Part shown: positions 53,101 through 63,839 of the stretch, one piece after another
Position numbering within the stretch: position 1 is the stretch's first letter
Layout: each line of letters starts with the position of its first letter
Notes under the pieces: model-generated
Seen by the model: only the letters and a program-made list of their open reading frames with translations
What the model was told of the DNA's origin: nothing
The model's database searches: none
Origin: a virus
IMG/VR virus record: IMGVR_UViG_3300031132_000002
Length of the DNA stretch: 64,000 bases
Strand: one strand, 5' to 3'
Translations under genes and position numbers: made by a program

Positions 53101-54213
53101 ATGTCTAATACATATTTAGAAGATATCGACTTCTCCGCACCCGCATCCGATATCTCTTGTGGAGCACATATTGCTTACACATTCGCAGAACAAGGTGGTG
53201 CAGCATCAGGATTTAATACTCCTTTGATGTTCAAGAATAACGCGGCTGACGCTGAACTGTCATTTGAAAAGCTAGAGACTCTTAAATCTCTGGGTGAAGA
53301 TATTACAGAACTGCGTAAGTCTTATGTAAGTCAGATTATGGACTCTCTTCAATCTGCTGTCAATGATAAATATTCTGACGGTTGGAGTTGGGTGAGTGTG
53401 GTGGATGCAGACTTTGATAACAACCTTGTTGTCTTTGTTACAGACTTCGGACTGTATGCTGCCGGATTCACTATTAACGGACTTACTGTTGAGTTGGAAG
53501 ATACTGCTAATCCAGTGATGCCTGTCACAGATTATCAAGTTCTCGACGGAGCGGTTTTAATCTCTATCGATTACTTTGACGATATGATTGATGAAGCATT
53601 GGCTAGTCTGGTTAAGAGCACAATCAAACACTCTCACGTAAAAGAATTACTGGTTAAGGCTAAGGCCAAACCGGAAGAAAACTCTGTGAATGCAGAGGAA
53701 ACTCACGCAGGATCAACTGCAAACACAACCGATATCCAAAAAGGAGAACTCCCATTGGAACTTAATAAAGAAGAGTTTCTGAAATCAGCAGAATTCCAAG
53801 ATCTGATGAAAGCTCAAATTGCAGAAGCTGTAGAAAAGGCTAGCGCCGAAGCTAAAGAAGCTGCACAAGCCGAAGCTCAGGCTGAGATTGCAAAAGCTCA
53901 AGCAGAACTCGAAGAACTTCGTAAAGCTGAACAGGCTCGTGTCGAAGAAGATTACGCAACCGTCCTGAAATCTTATGGCTTCGTGTCAGAAGAAAAAGTT
54001 GACGTGCTGGTTAAATACCTAGTAGCAAACAGTGAAGTAGCTGATGCCATCGTTGAGTCTTTCGATAAGGCTAAAGACGAAGTAGCAACAATCAAAGCTG
54101 AGTTTGCCGCTGAAAAAGGTGCTTCTGTAGAGAATGCTTCTGCTGTAGTTAAAAGCTCAAGTGACCTGATCGCTCGTCGCGCTCAAGAAATGAAAGCCCG
54201 TAAATCTAAATAA
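53101..54213 (+). CDS. scaffold protein
   Basis: Acidic, Ala/Glu-rich coiled coil; position between protease and head genes. Confidence 0.7.
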   Translation: MSNTYLEDIDFSAPASDISCGAHIAYTFAEQGGAASGFNTPLMFKNNAADAELSFEKLETLKSLGEDITELRKSYVSQIMDSLQSAVNDKYSDGWSWVSVVDADFDNNLVVFVTDFGLYAAGFTINGLTVELEDTANPVMPVTDYQVLDGAVLISIDYFDDMIDEALASLVKSTIKHSHVKELLVKAKAKPEENSVNAEETHAGSTANTTDIQKGELPLELNKEEFLKSAEFQDLMKAQIAEAVEKASAEAKEAAQAEAQAEIAKAQAELEELRKAEQARVEEDYATVLKSYGFVSEEKVDVLVKYLVANSEVADAIVESFDKAKDEVATIKAEFAAEKGASVENASAVVKSSSDLIARRAQEMKARKSK

Positions 54214-54232
54214 TTTAAAAGGAATCTATTAA

Positions 54233-54625
54233 ATGGCAACATTTAAAACCTACTCTCGCGGCTTCGGTCGTTACAGTGACCTGGTACTTGGAAACGTATT
54301 CTCTTCTGATCTAGGCCATTGTGTTCGTGAAATCAACCTGGTTAAAACTGCCTCAATGCAACTTGGTAGTGTCCTGACCGCTGCTGGTGTTGAAGCTGCT
54401 TCTGCTAATGACGCTGCTACTGTTCTGGTATGGACTGACGTTACCTTTGACATTGCTGACGTTCCAGTTGGTGAAACCTTCACAGCAGTAGTCGCTAAAC
54501 GTGACCTGACCCTGAATCGCTTCAAAGTTGTTTACTCAGATGGAAGTCTGATTGATGACGCTGGTGTTGCGGCTCTGGAAGAAGTCGGTCTGAAACTGAC
54601 TGCTAAAGTCCTTGTGACTTCTTAA
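54233..54625 (+). CDS. head decoration protein
   Basis: 130-aa gene immediately before major capsid protein. Confidence 0.75.
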   Translation: MATFKTYSRGFGRYSDLVLGNVFSSDLGHCVREINLVKTASMQLGSVLTAAGVEAASANDAATVLVWTDVTFDIADVPVGETFTAVVAKRDLTLNRFKVVYSDGSLIDDAGVAALEEVGLKLTAKVLVTS

Positions 54626-54654
54626 TTTCTAACTTTTAATAAGGACGCTAAATA

Positions 54655-55671
54655 ATGGCTTTCGATTTTCAAACTGACCGCAAGGTTGACTTTACTCCAC
54701 TGATTGAACTGGCTCCAACTCAGAACACTCTGATCAGCAGCCTGGGCATCTTCGAGTCATACAACCACGCAACCACTGAGATCCGCGTTGATCGTGACGT
54801 TTCAAGTGACAAACTGATTCCTGCCCGTGTACGTGGCGGTGAGCGTAACTGGCTGACCACTCCTGGTCTGAACGGCGTTGCTGTGACCATTCCGTTCTTC
54901 CCACTTGACCACAACATCAAAGCTCAGGATATTCAGTCATTCCTTGACTTCCTGAACCCAGATGCAGATCGCCTGACTACTCAGGAAGCAGTTGTTAACC
55001 GTTATCTGAACCAGATTCGTCGTAACGTAGCCTTCACCAAAGAACGTATCCTTGCTGATGCAGTTATGGGCCGTGCTTACGTTGGTACTGATGCAGACGG
55101 TTTCCAGAACCAGAACCAGAACTACAACTGGTATGATGTATTCGGTGTTGCTCAAGAGTCAATCTCTATTGACTTCACAAGCACAACCATTGACCCAACT
55201 GAGGTTATCGAAGCTCAGGCTCGTGGTTACATCATCGACAACAAGCAAGATGGTAGCACTGTAAGTAACATCATCGCCCTGTGCGGTCGTCAGTTCTTCT
55301 CTCGCATCATCAGCAGCCCGTTTGTTCGCTCTGCATTCACTTACTACCAAGGTACTCCGAACCCGATTCGTGATCGTATCGGTGGAAACCTGGATGCGCG
55401 TGTTTGGAACTTCAAAGGTGTAACTTACATCGAAGATATCCACAACAACGTTCCAACAAACGAAGCGTTTGTATTCCCAGAGGGCATTTCCAATATGTTC
55501 CAGGAACACTTCGCACCAGCAGATGCTTACGCATACGCTAACCAACTGGCTCAGGATTTCTACCTGTTCCTGATCAACACTGACTGGCGTGTAATGTCAA
55601 TGCAGTCCGAATTCGGAATGCTGGCAGTTTGTACTCGTCCAGAACTGGTTGTTCGTCTGACCACTGCTTAA
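54655..55671 (+). CDS. major capsid protein (lambda E-like family)
   Basis: Size, position, biased codons; RGG, IPFFP, AVCTRPELV. Confidence 0.9.
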   Translation: MAFDFQTDRKVDFTPLIELAPTQNTLISSLGIFESYNHATTEIRVDRDVSSDKLIPARVRGGERNWLTTPGLNGVAVTIPFFPLDHNIKAQDIQSFLDFLNPDADRLTTQEAVVNRYLNQIRRNVAFTKERILADAVMGRAYVGTDADGFQNQNQNYNWYDVFGVAQESISIDFTSTTIDPTEVIEAQARGYIIDNKQDGSTVSNIIALCGRQFFSRIISSPFVRSAFTYYQGTPNPIRDRIGGNLDARVWNFKGVTYIEDIHNNVPTNEAFVFPEGISNMFQEHFAPADAYAYANQLAQDFYLFLINTDWRVMSMQSEFGMLAVCTRPELVVRLTTA

Positions 55672-55697
55672 TTGTAGCGGAACGATTGGATAATATC

Positions 55698-55729
55698 AAC
55701 CCCTGCCCTTCACAGGGTGGGGGTTTTTT
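55698..55729 (+). terminator. rho-independent terminator after major capsid gene
   Basis: ACCCCTGCCCT-TCAC-AGGGTGGGGGT plus T-tract; nearly identical to 45871-45902. Confidence 0.85.
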
Positions 55730-55743
55730 ATTTAGGAGATAAA

Positions 55744-56091
55744 ATGAATAACATTCTCAAGCATTACCACAGCACATACGATATGGTGATGGACTTTGCC
55801 ACTCTTAGTGATAAGATTGACGCAGAAGCTACACTGGCTCGTGCTCCAGAGTTTTCTTTCTATACCAAAGACGGGTCTATTCACCTCGGTGGAACATTCC
55901 TGATCTTCTTGGTTAAAGTCGTTGAAGCCACTGGCATCAAAATTCTTCCAATGTCTAGCCTAGAAATGCCTGGTGTATTTGCTGTTAGCTACGAAGATTA
56001 TTCTCCGGTAGAATCAGAAGCACAAGAGAAGATCGCAGTTAAGGCTGTAGATACTCCTGCTAAGAAAAGAGCTACCCGAGCTAAAAAATAA
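55744..56091 (+). CDS. hypothetical head-associated protein
   Basis: AGGAG SD; position. Confidence 0.65.
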   Translation: MNNILKHYHSTYDMVMDFATLSDKIDAEATLARAPEFSFYTKDGSIHLGGTFLIFLVKVVEATGIKILPMSSLEMPGVFAVSYEDYSPVESEAQEKIAVKAVDTPAKKRATRAKK

Positions 56092-56104
56092 ATAGGAGCG
56101 GATT

Positions 56105-56644
56105 ATGGCATTACAAGCTATTCAGCTTCTACCAACGATCCGTTTACTAACCTACAACCCTAGCCCAGAGACCATTTCAGATGATATTCTTCTGACAATC
56201 ATCCAGGGATGGATTGACATTCTGGGAGACGATGATAAGAACAAGTGCATCGTTTTGTGGAACAGCTTAGTCTCAGCACTAGAATATCTGTTAAACAGTG
56301 ATCTAATCAATCACGCTCAGCAGTCTGGAGGGGCAACCTCAAGGCTTGAGAAAGTTGGACAGGTTCAGGTACAGGTTCAGTACGGAGATGGTAGCAGTAG
56401 CTATACATCACCTTGGCAAGCTATCTACGATAACTACCTCAACGGTACGCTACAGATTCCAGGGTGTGCCATTTCAAATGGTATCGGAAGCAAAGTACTG
56501 ATTGGTGGTGTTAGCGCTACAGAAATTGACAGAGTGAACAGTAACCCTGACGCTGTTAATGGATTAGGTCGTGTCGCTAGTGTAGACAGAAAGACAAGAA
56601 ATATCAAATGGGATCAACCTAACAGGTTTGGTTACTGGTGCTGA
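56105..56644 (+). CDS. head-tail adaptor
   Basis: Position; EKVGQVQVQ.QY motif. Confidence 0.65.
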   Translation: MALQAIQLLPTIRLLTYNPSPETISDDILLTIIQGWIDILGDDDKNKCIVLWNSLVSALEYLLNSDLINHAQQSGGATSRLEKVGQVQVQVQYGDGSSSYTSPWQAIYDNYLNGTLQIPGCAISNGIGSKVLIGGVSATEIDRVNSNPDAVNGLGRVASVDRKTRNIKWDQPNRFGYWC

Positions 56645-56645
56645 T

Positions 56646-57122
56646 ATGAAAGTCAAAGTAACAAAGGGAACTGATGGTTCCCTTGACAGCATTTTCGCTA
56701 AGTATTTAGCACTAGAAGAGATGCAAGTTGAAGCAGGATTCATCACTCATAAGAAACACCCTGAGACGGGTATTGATATGGTGGAACTGGCAACTATACA
56801 GCAATACGGTAGCGTGACTAAGAACATTCCTGAACGCCCATTTATGACAGATGGTTTTGTTTTATCTCAGAACGAGATTAAGAAGGAACTGCCAGGCGCA
56901 ATCCATAGATACCTGAAAGGTACTAGTTTGAACGTTGCCCTTAAGCCAATTGCTGAAATCTCTAAAGAGAGTATCGTAAAAGCTATCAAGATGCAAAGGT
57001 TTACTCCATTGTCTCCGACAACTATCAAGAAGAGAAGAGAGAAGGGAAATAACAGTACAACCATCCTGATCGATACATCTTATATGATTAACAACATCGA
57101 GACCAAAATCTCTAAGAAATGA
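56646..57122 (+). CDS. neck/tail completion protein
   Basis: YG....IPERPF, PLSPTTI..R..KG....LIDT. Confidence 0.8.
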   Translation: MKVKVTKGTDGSLDSIFAKYLALEEMQVEAGFITHKKHPETGIDMVELATIQQYGSVTKNIPERPFMTDGFVLSQNEIKKELPGAIHRYLKGTSLNVALKPIAEISKESIVKAIKMQRFTPLSPTTIKKRREKGNNSTTILIDTSYMINNIETKISKK

Positions 57123-57166
57123 CTTGCATTTATTTTAAATCTGAGTTATACTGAAAGGAGAACGAA

Positions 57167-57583
57167 ATGTTACTTTCACAGTTTAAATTACTGGATTTGA
57201 CTCAGTATCAAGGACGCCGCAGAACTTATGTGGAAAACCCTGACGCTGTATTCTCAAACCAAGACAATTCCATCTTAACCGAAGACTTCATTATTGAATC
57301 CTCTTCTCTACAACCTATTGGTGGCTTTACGCTCCAGGCTGTTCCTGATGGTTATCGTTCTAAAGCACAATACACATTCTGGACAGTGACTGAGATTCAT
57401 CCCCTTATTCAAGGCAGCAGTCAATTGTCGGATCAGATTCTGATCGATGGTAAGTGGTATTCTATCTACGCTCTAAGCGATTGGACAAGAACTTCCTTCC
57501 TGCAACACACTCAGTGTGTAGCTATTTACGATGACCAGGATAACTCTTGGCACGAAGATGTAGATGGAGGAAACTTTGGCTAA
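57167..57583 (+). CDS. head closure protein
   Basis: SLQP...L..VPDG.R...D.I.IDG..Y. Confidence 0.65.
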   Translation: MLLSQFKLLDLTQYQGRRRTYVENPDAVFSNQDNSILTEDFIIESSSLQPIGGFTLQAVPDGYRSKAQYTFWTVTEIHPLIQGSSQLSDQILIDGKWYSIYALSDWTRTSFLQHTQCVAIYDDQDNSWHEDVDGGNFG

Positions 57584-58148
57584 TATTATGAATCAGATTG
57601 AGGCTTACGAAGATCATATTTTAAATAGCATCGGTGTTTTTGTAAAGACCGTGCTGGGGCTTCCGGTATATTTGAAAGATAAACCTTTCATTGCACCAGA
57701 GAATCCCTATGTAACACTCCGTGTCATCACTTCCGATAACTCGGGAGGTTGGGGCCAGAGGAACAAATTAGAAAATGAAATGTTCTCTTACTTCAACGAT
57801 AACACATACACGATTGAGATTATGGTGTATCGTGGCAGACCAATGGCTGCACTATCATATCTTATGTCGGCATTCAACAGTTTAGACGAGTTGAAATACC
57901 AAACAATGTATTCAAAAGGCGTTTCTTATTTATCGTCTTCTGATATCTCACAAGCAAATACTATTTTGGACGGAGATAAGACTCAGCTAAGAGCAAGAGC
58001 TATCTTCACATTCAATACCAGAATGCTTGTAGAGGACATTCCTACTACACCGATTGAGAGAGTATCACACTCAATCCATAGTTACAAAGGAACGTATGCA
58101 GATCCAGATCCTCTGTTAATCGATCATACCTTCGTCTACGTAACCTAA
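57564..58148 (+). CDS. tail terminator/neck protein
   Basis: Position before sheath; P..PYVTL. Confidence 0.6.
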   Translation: MEETLANIMNQIEAYEDHILNSIGVFVKTVLGLPVYLKDKPFIAPENPYVTLRVITSDNSGGWGQRNKLENEMFSYFNDNTYTIEIMVYRGRPMAALSYLMSAFNSLDELKYQTMYSKGVSYLSSSDISQANTILDGDKTQLRARAIFTFNTRMLVEDIPTTPIERVSHSIHSYKGTYADPDPLLIDHTFVYVT

Positions 58149-58191
58149 CCCAATCCCTATGGATATAGCTATAACCTAATCAGGAGCACAA

Positions 58192-59610
58192 ATGGCAACT
58201 TTTCGTGATAAGGTAGTTACCGTAACTCTAAACTACGGCGCTACAGCAATTAACGAAACTCAGTTTGACATTCCTCTGATTCTTGTAGGACATAACGTTA
58301 CCTCAGACGTTACTAACACCTACACGTCTACAGATGCAATGGTATCGGCTGGTTTCTCTGTAAACAGCGCAGCCTACAAAATGGCTAAATTACTTTTCGA
58401 TGGACTTTATGCTCCTGAAAGAGTGATTGTCGGTAAGCGTGATATTACCGCAACAGACTTCACAGTTGGTGAACTTGAAGATGGTGGAGTATATGCTATC
58501 ACCCTCAGACAAGGCAAGACTTCAAAGACCTTTAGCTACAAAGCAACAGACAACGCTACTGTTCAGGAAGTCAACGAAGGCGTAGCAAAACTGATTCAAT
58601 CAGACGCTACCTGGAGTGCCAAGATCACTGTAGAAGGTACTGAAACACAGATTCTGTTCTCTCCTGTTTCAGGTCAGAATATTACTGTCGAAGGATCTGA
58701 TAACTTTGTCGAGAAAGTTCAGTTTGCTCAAAGCGTACTGGAAGATATCACAAAAGTGGCAGAAGAAGATAGTTCATTCTTCTACGTCCTATCTGAATCT
58801 CACGCAAGTGCAGATGTTCTGGCTCTGGCTGGATGGGTAGAAGAACACGACAAGATTTATTTCTTCTCAAGTCAAGACACAGATATTGCAGATGATGTTG
58901 AAGGAAACCTGCTGGTTACTCTAGGTGACACAGGCTACAATAACACAAGCCTTGCTCTGTGGACAAGCACCGCTGATAGCACCTTCCCTGAGGCTGGAGT
59001 CGTTGGTAGCATTTGTTCTGCACAGCCAGGTACAACTCCGCTGCACGGTAAAACCCTTGTCGGTGTTACACTGGAGAAACTTAGCACAGATCGTGAGTCT
59101 AAGATCGTAGCTAACAACGGAAACATCTACCGTAAAGAACACGGACTTCTATTCTACCGCGATGGATTTATGGTGTCAGGACTGTTTGCAGACTACATCA
59201 TTCACGCACTGTGGTTCAAGGCCCGTCTGGATGAATCTCTGTTCACCCTGTTCAAGCAGCAGTCTATGCTAGGTGGTGGTGTTCGTGCAACAAGTTCTGG
59301 TATTGCTCTGATTCGTCAGGCAGTGACAGCTAACCCGATTCAGGTCGGTATCTCTAACGGTACGATTGCAAACGAAGTTGTTACTTCAAGCGATACAGGA
59401 ATGTATGTCAGCCTGAAACCAACTGTTTACATCCCATCTCGTGCGGATATGACTACTGCTCAGATCAACCAACGTCTCGTTGATGGTATGATTGTTGAGT
59501 ATGTATACGCTGGATTCTTCCACTACGTGAAAGTGCAGGTGAACGTTCTGACCAACAGAACTGGAACCACAAGCTCTGCTTCAAGCTCAGTAAGCACAAC
59601 ATCATCATAA
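58192..59610 (+). CDS. tail sheath protein
   Basis: 472 aa; F..PLI.G, YK.A..LF...PE...VG.R, KTL.GV, H.V.V. Confidence 0.88.
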   Translation: MATFRDKVVTVTLNYGATAINETQFDIPLILVGHNVTSDVTNTYTSTDAMVSAGFSVNSAAYKMAKLLFDGLYAPERVIVGKRDITATDFTVGELEDGGVYAITLRQGKTSKTFSYKATDNATVQEVNEGVAKLIQSDATWSAKITVEGTETQILFSPVSGQNITVEGSDNFVEKVQFAQSVLEDITKVAEEDSSFFYVLSESHASADVLALAGWVEEHDKIYFFSSQDTDIADDVEGNLLVTLGDTGYNNTSLALWTSTADSTFPEAGVVGSICSAQPGTTPLHGKTLVGVTLEKLSTDRESKIVANNGNIYRKEHGLLFYRDGFMVSGLFADYIIHALWFKARLDESLFTLFKQQSMLGGGVRATSSGIALIRQAVTANPIQVGISNGTIANEVVTSSDTGMYVSLKPTVYIPSRADMTTAQINQRLVDGMIVEYVYAGFFHYVKVQVNVLTNRTGTTSSASSSVSTTSS

Positions 59611-59647
59611 TTGAAGGGCTTCGGCCCTTCCTTAAAAAGGAATACAA

Positions 59648-60127
59648 ATGGATAAGATGCTAACTGGTGTAATGGCCTATGATCCATCTAACATCACGCT
59701 ATCTCTTGGTGGATGGGAACCTTACGGGTTTGCCTCTGACACTAAAATCGTTATCAGTAAATCTAACGATATCATCAACCCTTATGGCGGTACAGACGGA
59801 GACGTGTCACTTGCTCTGAGTCGTAATCGTATGGGTACAATGACAATCTCCCTACAGAGAACCTCTGAGGCTAACGAAGTTCTTTCAACTTACGCTCAGA
59901 CAATGTACTCTACTCGGCAGGTTGCCTTCCCTGTTTATCTGGAAGATCCACGCGGATATTACATCAGCACGATTGGATGGATTCAGTCACAGCCAGACGA
60001 CACAATGGGTGACACAATCACTACAAACGATTGGGTTATTGGATTGAAAGATGCTTCCCTGCTTCGCAACACTGCAACGCTAGGTTTGAGTGTCCTGAAC
60101 TCAATTACTGCCCTGACAATCGCATAA
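59648..60127 (+). CDS. tail tube protein
   Basis: YDP..I......GFA.D, G.DG, GT.TI.LQ.TS..N..L. Confidence 0.85.
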   Translation: MDKMLTGVMAYDPSNITLSLGGWEPYGFASDTKIVISKSNDIINPYGGTDGDVSLALSRNRMGTMTISLQRTSEANEVLSTYAQTMYSTRQVAFPVYLEDPRGYYISTIGWIQSQPDDTMGDTITTNDWVIGLKDASLLRNTATLGLSVLNSITALTIA

Positions 60128-60201
60128 AAAGATTGACTTTAATTTCCATCTGGGGTAACATATCGTTGTTACCCCTTTTTTATTAACTAGAGAAAATAAA
60201 T

Positions 60202-60681
60202 ATGCAAGAACAAGAAAATGTCATCGCACAATACGCGAAACCAGAAGTTAAAGTGGAACTGGAACTTGATACAGGTCGTAAAGTAGGATTCAGGATCATT
60301 CGTTGGAAACCTTCCAAAGTATTTGACCGCATCCCTGAATACGGCAGCATCTTCGCAGTTCCTATGGTGATGTATGGTACAGCCGAAGAACTTGCAGGAG
60401 AAGACTACGAGCAGAAGATTGCTATGTCTCTTATCCAACTATTCTCTGGACTTGATCAACGTGTCCTGTCTGACCTTCTGAAAGATATCTTAGACGAAAC
60501 TTACACAGAAGACAATATCTCCGTAGTCGAAAAGTTTGAAGAGTTATTTATGTTACACCCCTACCTTGTAGTTGATTTAGCAGCAAAGGTGCTTGAGGTG
60601 AACTATGGCCCTTTTTTCAAACGCGGTTTCGGAAAACTGTTGACCCAATTTCAAAGCGTACAGACGCTGAACAACAGCTAA
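60202..60681 (+). CDS. tail assembly chaperone (G)
   Basis: Position between tube and tape measure; ends VNYGPFF at slippery site. Confidence 0.8.
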   Translation: MQEQENVIAQYAKPEVKVELELDTGRKVGFRIIRWKPSKVFDRIPEYGSIFAVPMVMYGTAEELAGEDYEQKIAMSLIQLFSGLDQRVLSDLLKDILDETYTEDNISVVEKFEELFMLHPYLVVDLAAKVLEVNYGPFFKRGFGKLLTQFQSVQTLNNS

Positions 60682-60929
60682 ATCCCACTATAGCCAAGGC
60701 TATTGAGATTGCCCAAGAAACTGCGAGTTTCCGGTGGTGGGACTACCTAATCTACAGAATCACTACCAAAACGTCAGAAACACTTTATTCCTTGGACAAG
60801 TATAATATTGATTACTTGCTCAAGCAAGCGGAGATCATTGACCACGAAGACTATGTACGTGCATTGCACAGAAAGGATTCGGATCAGAAAGACGAGATGC
60901 GCCGTAAGTGGGAGACATTCAAGAAATAA
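60609..60929 (+). CDS. tail assembly chaperone GT, -1 frameshift extension
   Basis: C-CCT-TTT slippery heptamer at 60609-60615; -1 frame open 106 codons to TAA 60927-60929. Confidence 0.8.
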   Translation, partial: PFFQTRFRKTVDPISKRTDAEQQLNPTIAKAIEIAQETASFRWWDYLIYRITTKTSETLYSLDKYNIDYLLKQAEIIDHEDYVRALHRKDSDQKDEMRRKWETFKK

Positions 60930-60966
60930 TATATGCCCTTGCTAGCCAAGGACTTTGCGAGGTAAA

Positions 60967-62946
60967 ATGGCGGGATCGTCGTTAAATACACAGAAGCTAA
61001 CAAACGTTGTAGATTTTAAGGTAGACAAGAGATCTTTCAACGCAGCAAAGAAATCACTTGAAGATTTGAAGAAATTCTCTGAGGGAATTAAACCTTCTCT
61101 TAAGATGACACAAACCAAGAAAGATTTCAAGGAAATGGAAAAGTACGCCAAGAGCATCGCTAAGCATATGAATGATGCACGTAAAGGTGGCCCAAGACCT
61201 CCTGTACCTCCAACTCCCCCTCCAGCAGGAGGCGGTGGTCGTGGAGGAAGACGTGGTGGCGGTGCCGGAGGCGGTGGAAGAGGCGCAGGCGGTGGTCGTG
61301 GTGGAGCATCAGGAACACGAGCAGAAACAGCCCAGCTAAGACGCGAAAACTTTAACTTCCGTTCTGGTCAATTAGGCAATGTCAGTAGAGCAGGACGAGA
61401 GAGCGCTACTCGTGCAGTCGAAGATGTAACTAAGGCATTTGAAGAACAGCGTGTTAGTGCTTCAAAAATGAACCAGGTTATTGCTCATCAACTTTCTATT
61501 CTTCGTCAAGAGAACCGTGCAGCAAGAGAACGTTTGGAAATTGACAGAAGACAAATGCGCCAAGCGGAAGCAGAGGCACATCGGGAAGACGCTCGTAGGG
61601 AAAGAGAGAGACGCCAACAAGCAGCAGAAGATAGACGCCAGCGTGAGAGGGATGAAAGAGATCGTCGCCGCCGTAGAGAAGAACGTAGGGATAGATTTAC
61701 TCGTGCAGGCTTAGGACTAAGCCCAGGTTTGCTTTTAGGTGGAGTAGCCGGAGCCGCAGCCCTACAAGGTATTTCTCGTATCAAAGGTAATTTATCAGAT
61801 TCTGCTGACAGGATCAACTATGTAGGACAAGCCGCCAAGAACATTGAGGTTAACCCTAACGTAATCCAGGCTCTCACCGCTTGGGGCCAGAATAACGGTG
61901 TTGACTCTGCAAATATGACCAAGAGTGTTGACCAGATCAAAGATATCCGCGAAAAACTTGCGTCCTCTGTAACCACATCCGAACTGAACAAGAAAGGAGA
62001 GTGGACAAAAGGTAACGCAGGTGTCAACGAGATTATGAACCAGTTTGGTTGGAACCTCGATGATATTAAATCTATGCAACACAACCCTATCGACTTCCTA
62101 CAATCTGTTGTTGGCGCTGGTCAACAGAAAGGCTTAAGTGATGGTCAGATCGGTAACTTGCTGGAAAACTTAGGTGATGACTTGTCTCACTTTGTTCGTG
62201 CGTTTAAAAACAACGGACAAGAGTTATTAGATTCTAGTGCAAGCCTCGTTAACTCTGGTTCAAACCTAACAGAAAGTCAAGTTGAGAATGCTCATAAGTA
62301 TGTTACTATGGGACAAACTATGGATAAAATCGAAGAGGGACTTAGCAATAAATTCTTAGACGGTTTTGTTGGTAGCCTAGATCCTAAAGTGATGGACGAG
62401 TTCCAGCAGCATATCAAAAACCTTGGGCCTGCGATTGACGGATTAGGTAAGTGGATTGGAGATGTTGTAAACTACGGTACTCAATTCTCTAACTGGTTAT
62501 CTACCTTTAACGAAAGGTTCAACTTTAACGCTGATGGCACCCAGAAGACGCCAGGGCAGATTTACGGTACTGATCCTCGTCCTAGTACAGGCAATGCTAT
62601 TGCAGACGCCTACGGTACTGGTATGGGGGATGGTAGTGCTTCCTTCCTGCAACGTTGGGCTAACAACTTCGGTTGGGTAGATCCTGTTGGCTTAGGTAAT
62701 GCTCCAATCTCAGATATCGGTCAAGGATATAAGTATGGTTCATTGAATCAATCTGTATCTCAGCAACAGCAATCTGTGAATGGCGGCGGTGCTCCTATCA
62801 TTAATATTCCTTCGGATATTATTCGTGTGGAAGTAACGCCTAGCTCTACCTTCGGTGATATCCTGGATGTAAGAATTCAGGACAGTCAGAGATTTAACCA
62901 CAACTCTCTGATTCGGGATATTTCGTCTTCTAACAGCAGCAACTAA
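60967..62946 (+). CDS. tape measure protein
   Basis: Long helical ORF after chaperones. Confidence 0.85.
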   Translation: MAGSSLNTQKLTNVVDFKVDKRSFNAAKKSLEDLKKFSEGIKPSLKMTQTKKDFKEMEKYAKSIAKHMNDARKGGPRPPVPPTPPPAGGGGRGGRRGGGAGGGGRGAGGGRGGASGTRAETAQLRRENFNFRSGQLGNVSRAGRESATRAVEDVTKAFEEQRVSASKMNQVIAHQLSILRQENRAARERLEIDRRQMRQAEAEAHREDARRERERRQQAAEDRRQRERDERDRRRRREERRDRFTRAGLGLSPGLLLGGVAGAAALQGISRIKGNLSDSADRINYVGQAAKNIEVNPNVIQALTAWGQNNGVDSANMTKSVDQIKDIREKLASSVTTSELNKKGEWTKGNAGVNEIMNQFGWNLDDIKSMQHNPIDFLQSVVGAGQQKGLSDGQIGNLLENLGDDLSHFVRAFKNNGQELLDSSASLVNSGSNLTESQVENAHKYVTMGQTMDKIEEGLSNKFLDGFVGSLDPKVMDEFQQHIKNLGPAIDGLGKWIGDVVNYGTQFSNWLSTFNERFNFNADGTQKTPGQIYGTDPRPSTGNAIADAYGTGMGDGSASFLQRWANNFGWVDPVGLGNAPISDIGQGYKYGSLNQSVSQQQQSVNGGGAPIINIPSDIIRVEVTPSSTFGDILDVRIQDSQRFNHNSLIRDISSSNSSN

Positions 62947-62951
62947 TAACA

Positions 62952-62982
62952 ATCCCCTTCTCTTCGGAGTTGGGGATTTTTT
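62952..62982 (+). terminator. rho-independent terminator
   Basis: ATCCCC..CTC-TTCG-GAG..GGGGAT plus T-tract. Confidence 0.7.
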
Positions 62983-63093
62983 ATTATCCTTTGACTAGGG
63001 AAGGTATTTATGATATCATAGATCCCCCGAAAGTTCTTTACTTTTTATCACTAAAGTGGTATCATAAAAGATAGGACTATAGGAGGACGCCTA

Positions 63094-63837
63094 ATGGCAG
63101 CACCAATTACGCAAGCAGTGGGAACACCAACTAACGCTAATAAGTCTGTTAACAGCCGTACAAATGTCAACTCAAACTCTTCTCTTAAGGCAGAGAATGG
63201 CTTTTGTGTTTTGGCTAGTTTATACAATACAGCAAGCGACAGTTTCATTCAAAATTATCAGGCTATTGTTTTTGACGCAACAACTAACACTAGCATTAAT
63301 CATCAAGCGGAAGTATCTTCTTACGCGATTGAGGCAAGCAGTCAAACGAGCAGTAGTAACTCAAACACGAGTCAAGACAACTCAAAAAGCAGTGAAGTTA
63401 GTGATCATATCCAGATCAAGAACACCAAGATTGATATCTCTGGAATCATCAGTGAAACACCTATCCAGCTAAAGAAAGACCTTCTTTACAGTGGAGAACC
63501 TAAGGGTGACAGGGTTAGCCAGGCAATCACATATCTTACAAAGATTATGCAAGCTAGGCAACCGATCACTCTCATCACAGAGCACAAGGTTTTTAAAGAT
63601 TGTGTTTTGATTGGTATAGATTACAACTATAAATCTGAATATGCAATGCAATTCGATTTGAACTTTGAGCAAATCAGATTAGTCAAGGGAGCGACAGTTA
63701 ACGCAATCGCAGTTAAGACAGCTTCTACTTTGAACACAGGTAAGCAGGTTAAGAAAGCTGTTTACAAGCCTACTAGTGCAGATCTGGAACAACGTATTCA
63801 GAATCAGGCTGGTGGAGTAAATAACAAGACGGGGTAA
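63094..63837 (+). CDS. baseplate/tail tube initiator protein
   Basis: FDA....H.....Y.IE....SDH......I.G.IS.TP, FEQIR pattern; after tape measure. Confidence 0.7.
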   Translation: MAAPITQAVGTPTNANKSVNSRTNVNSNSSLKAENGFCVLASLYNTASDSFIQNYQAIVFDATTNTSINHQAEVSSYAIEASSQTSSSNSNTSQDNSKSSEVSDHIQIKNTKIDISGIISETPIQLKKDLLYSGEPKGDRVSQAITYLTKIMQARQPITLITEHKVFKDCVLIGIDYNYKSEYAMQFDLNFEQIRLVKGATVNAIAVKTASTLNTGKQVKKAVYKPTSADLEQRIQNQAGGVNNKTG

Positions 63838-63839
63838 TA

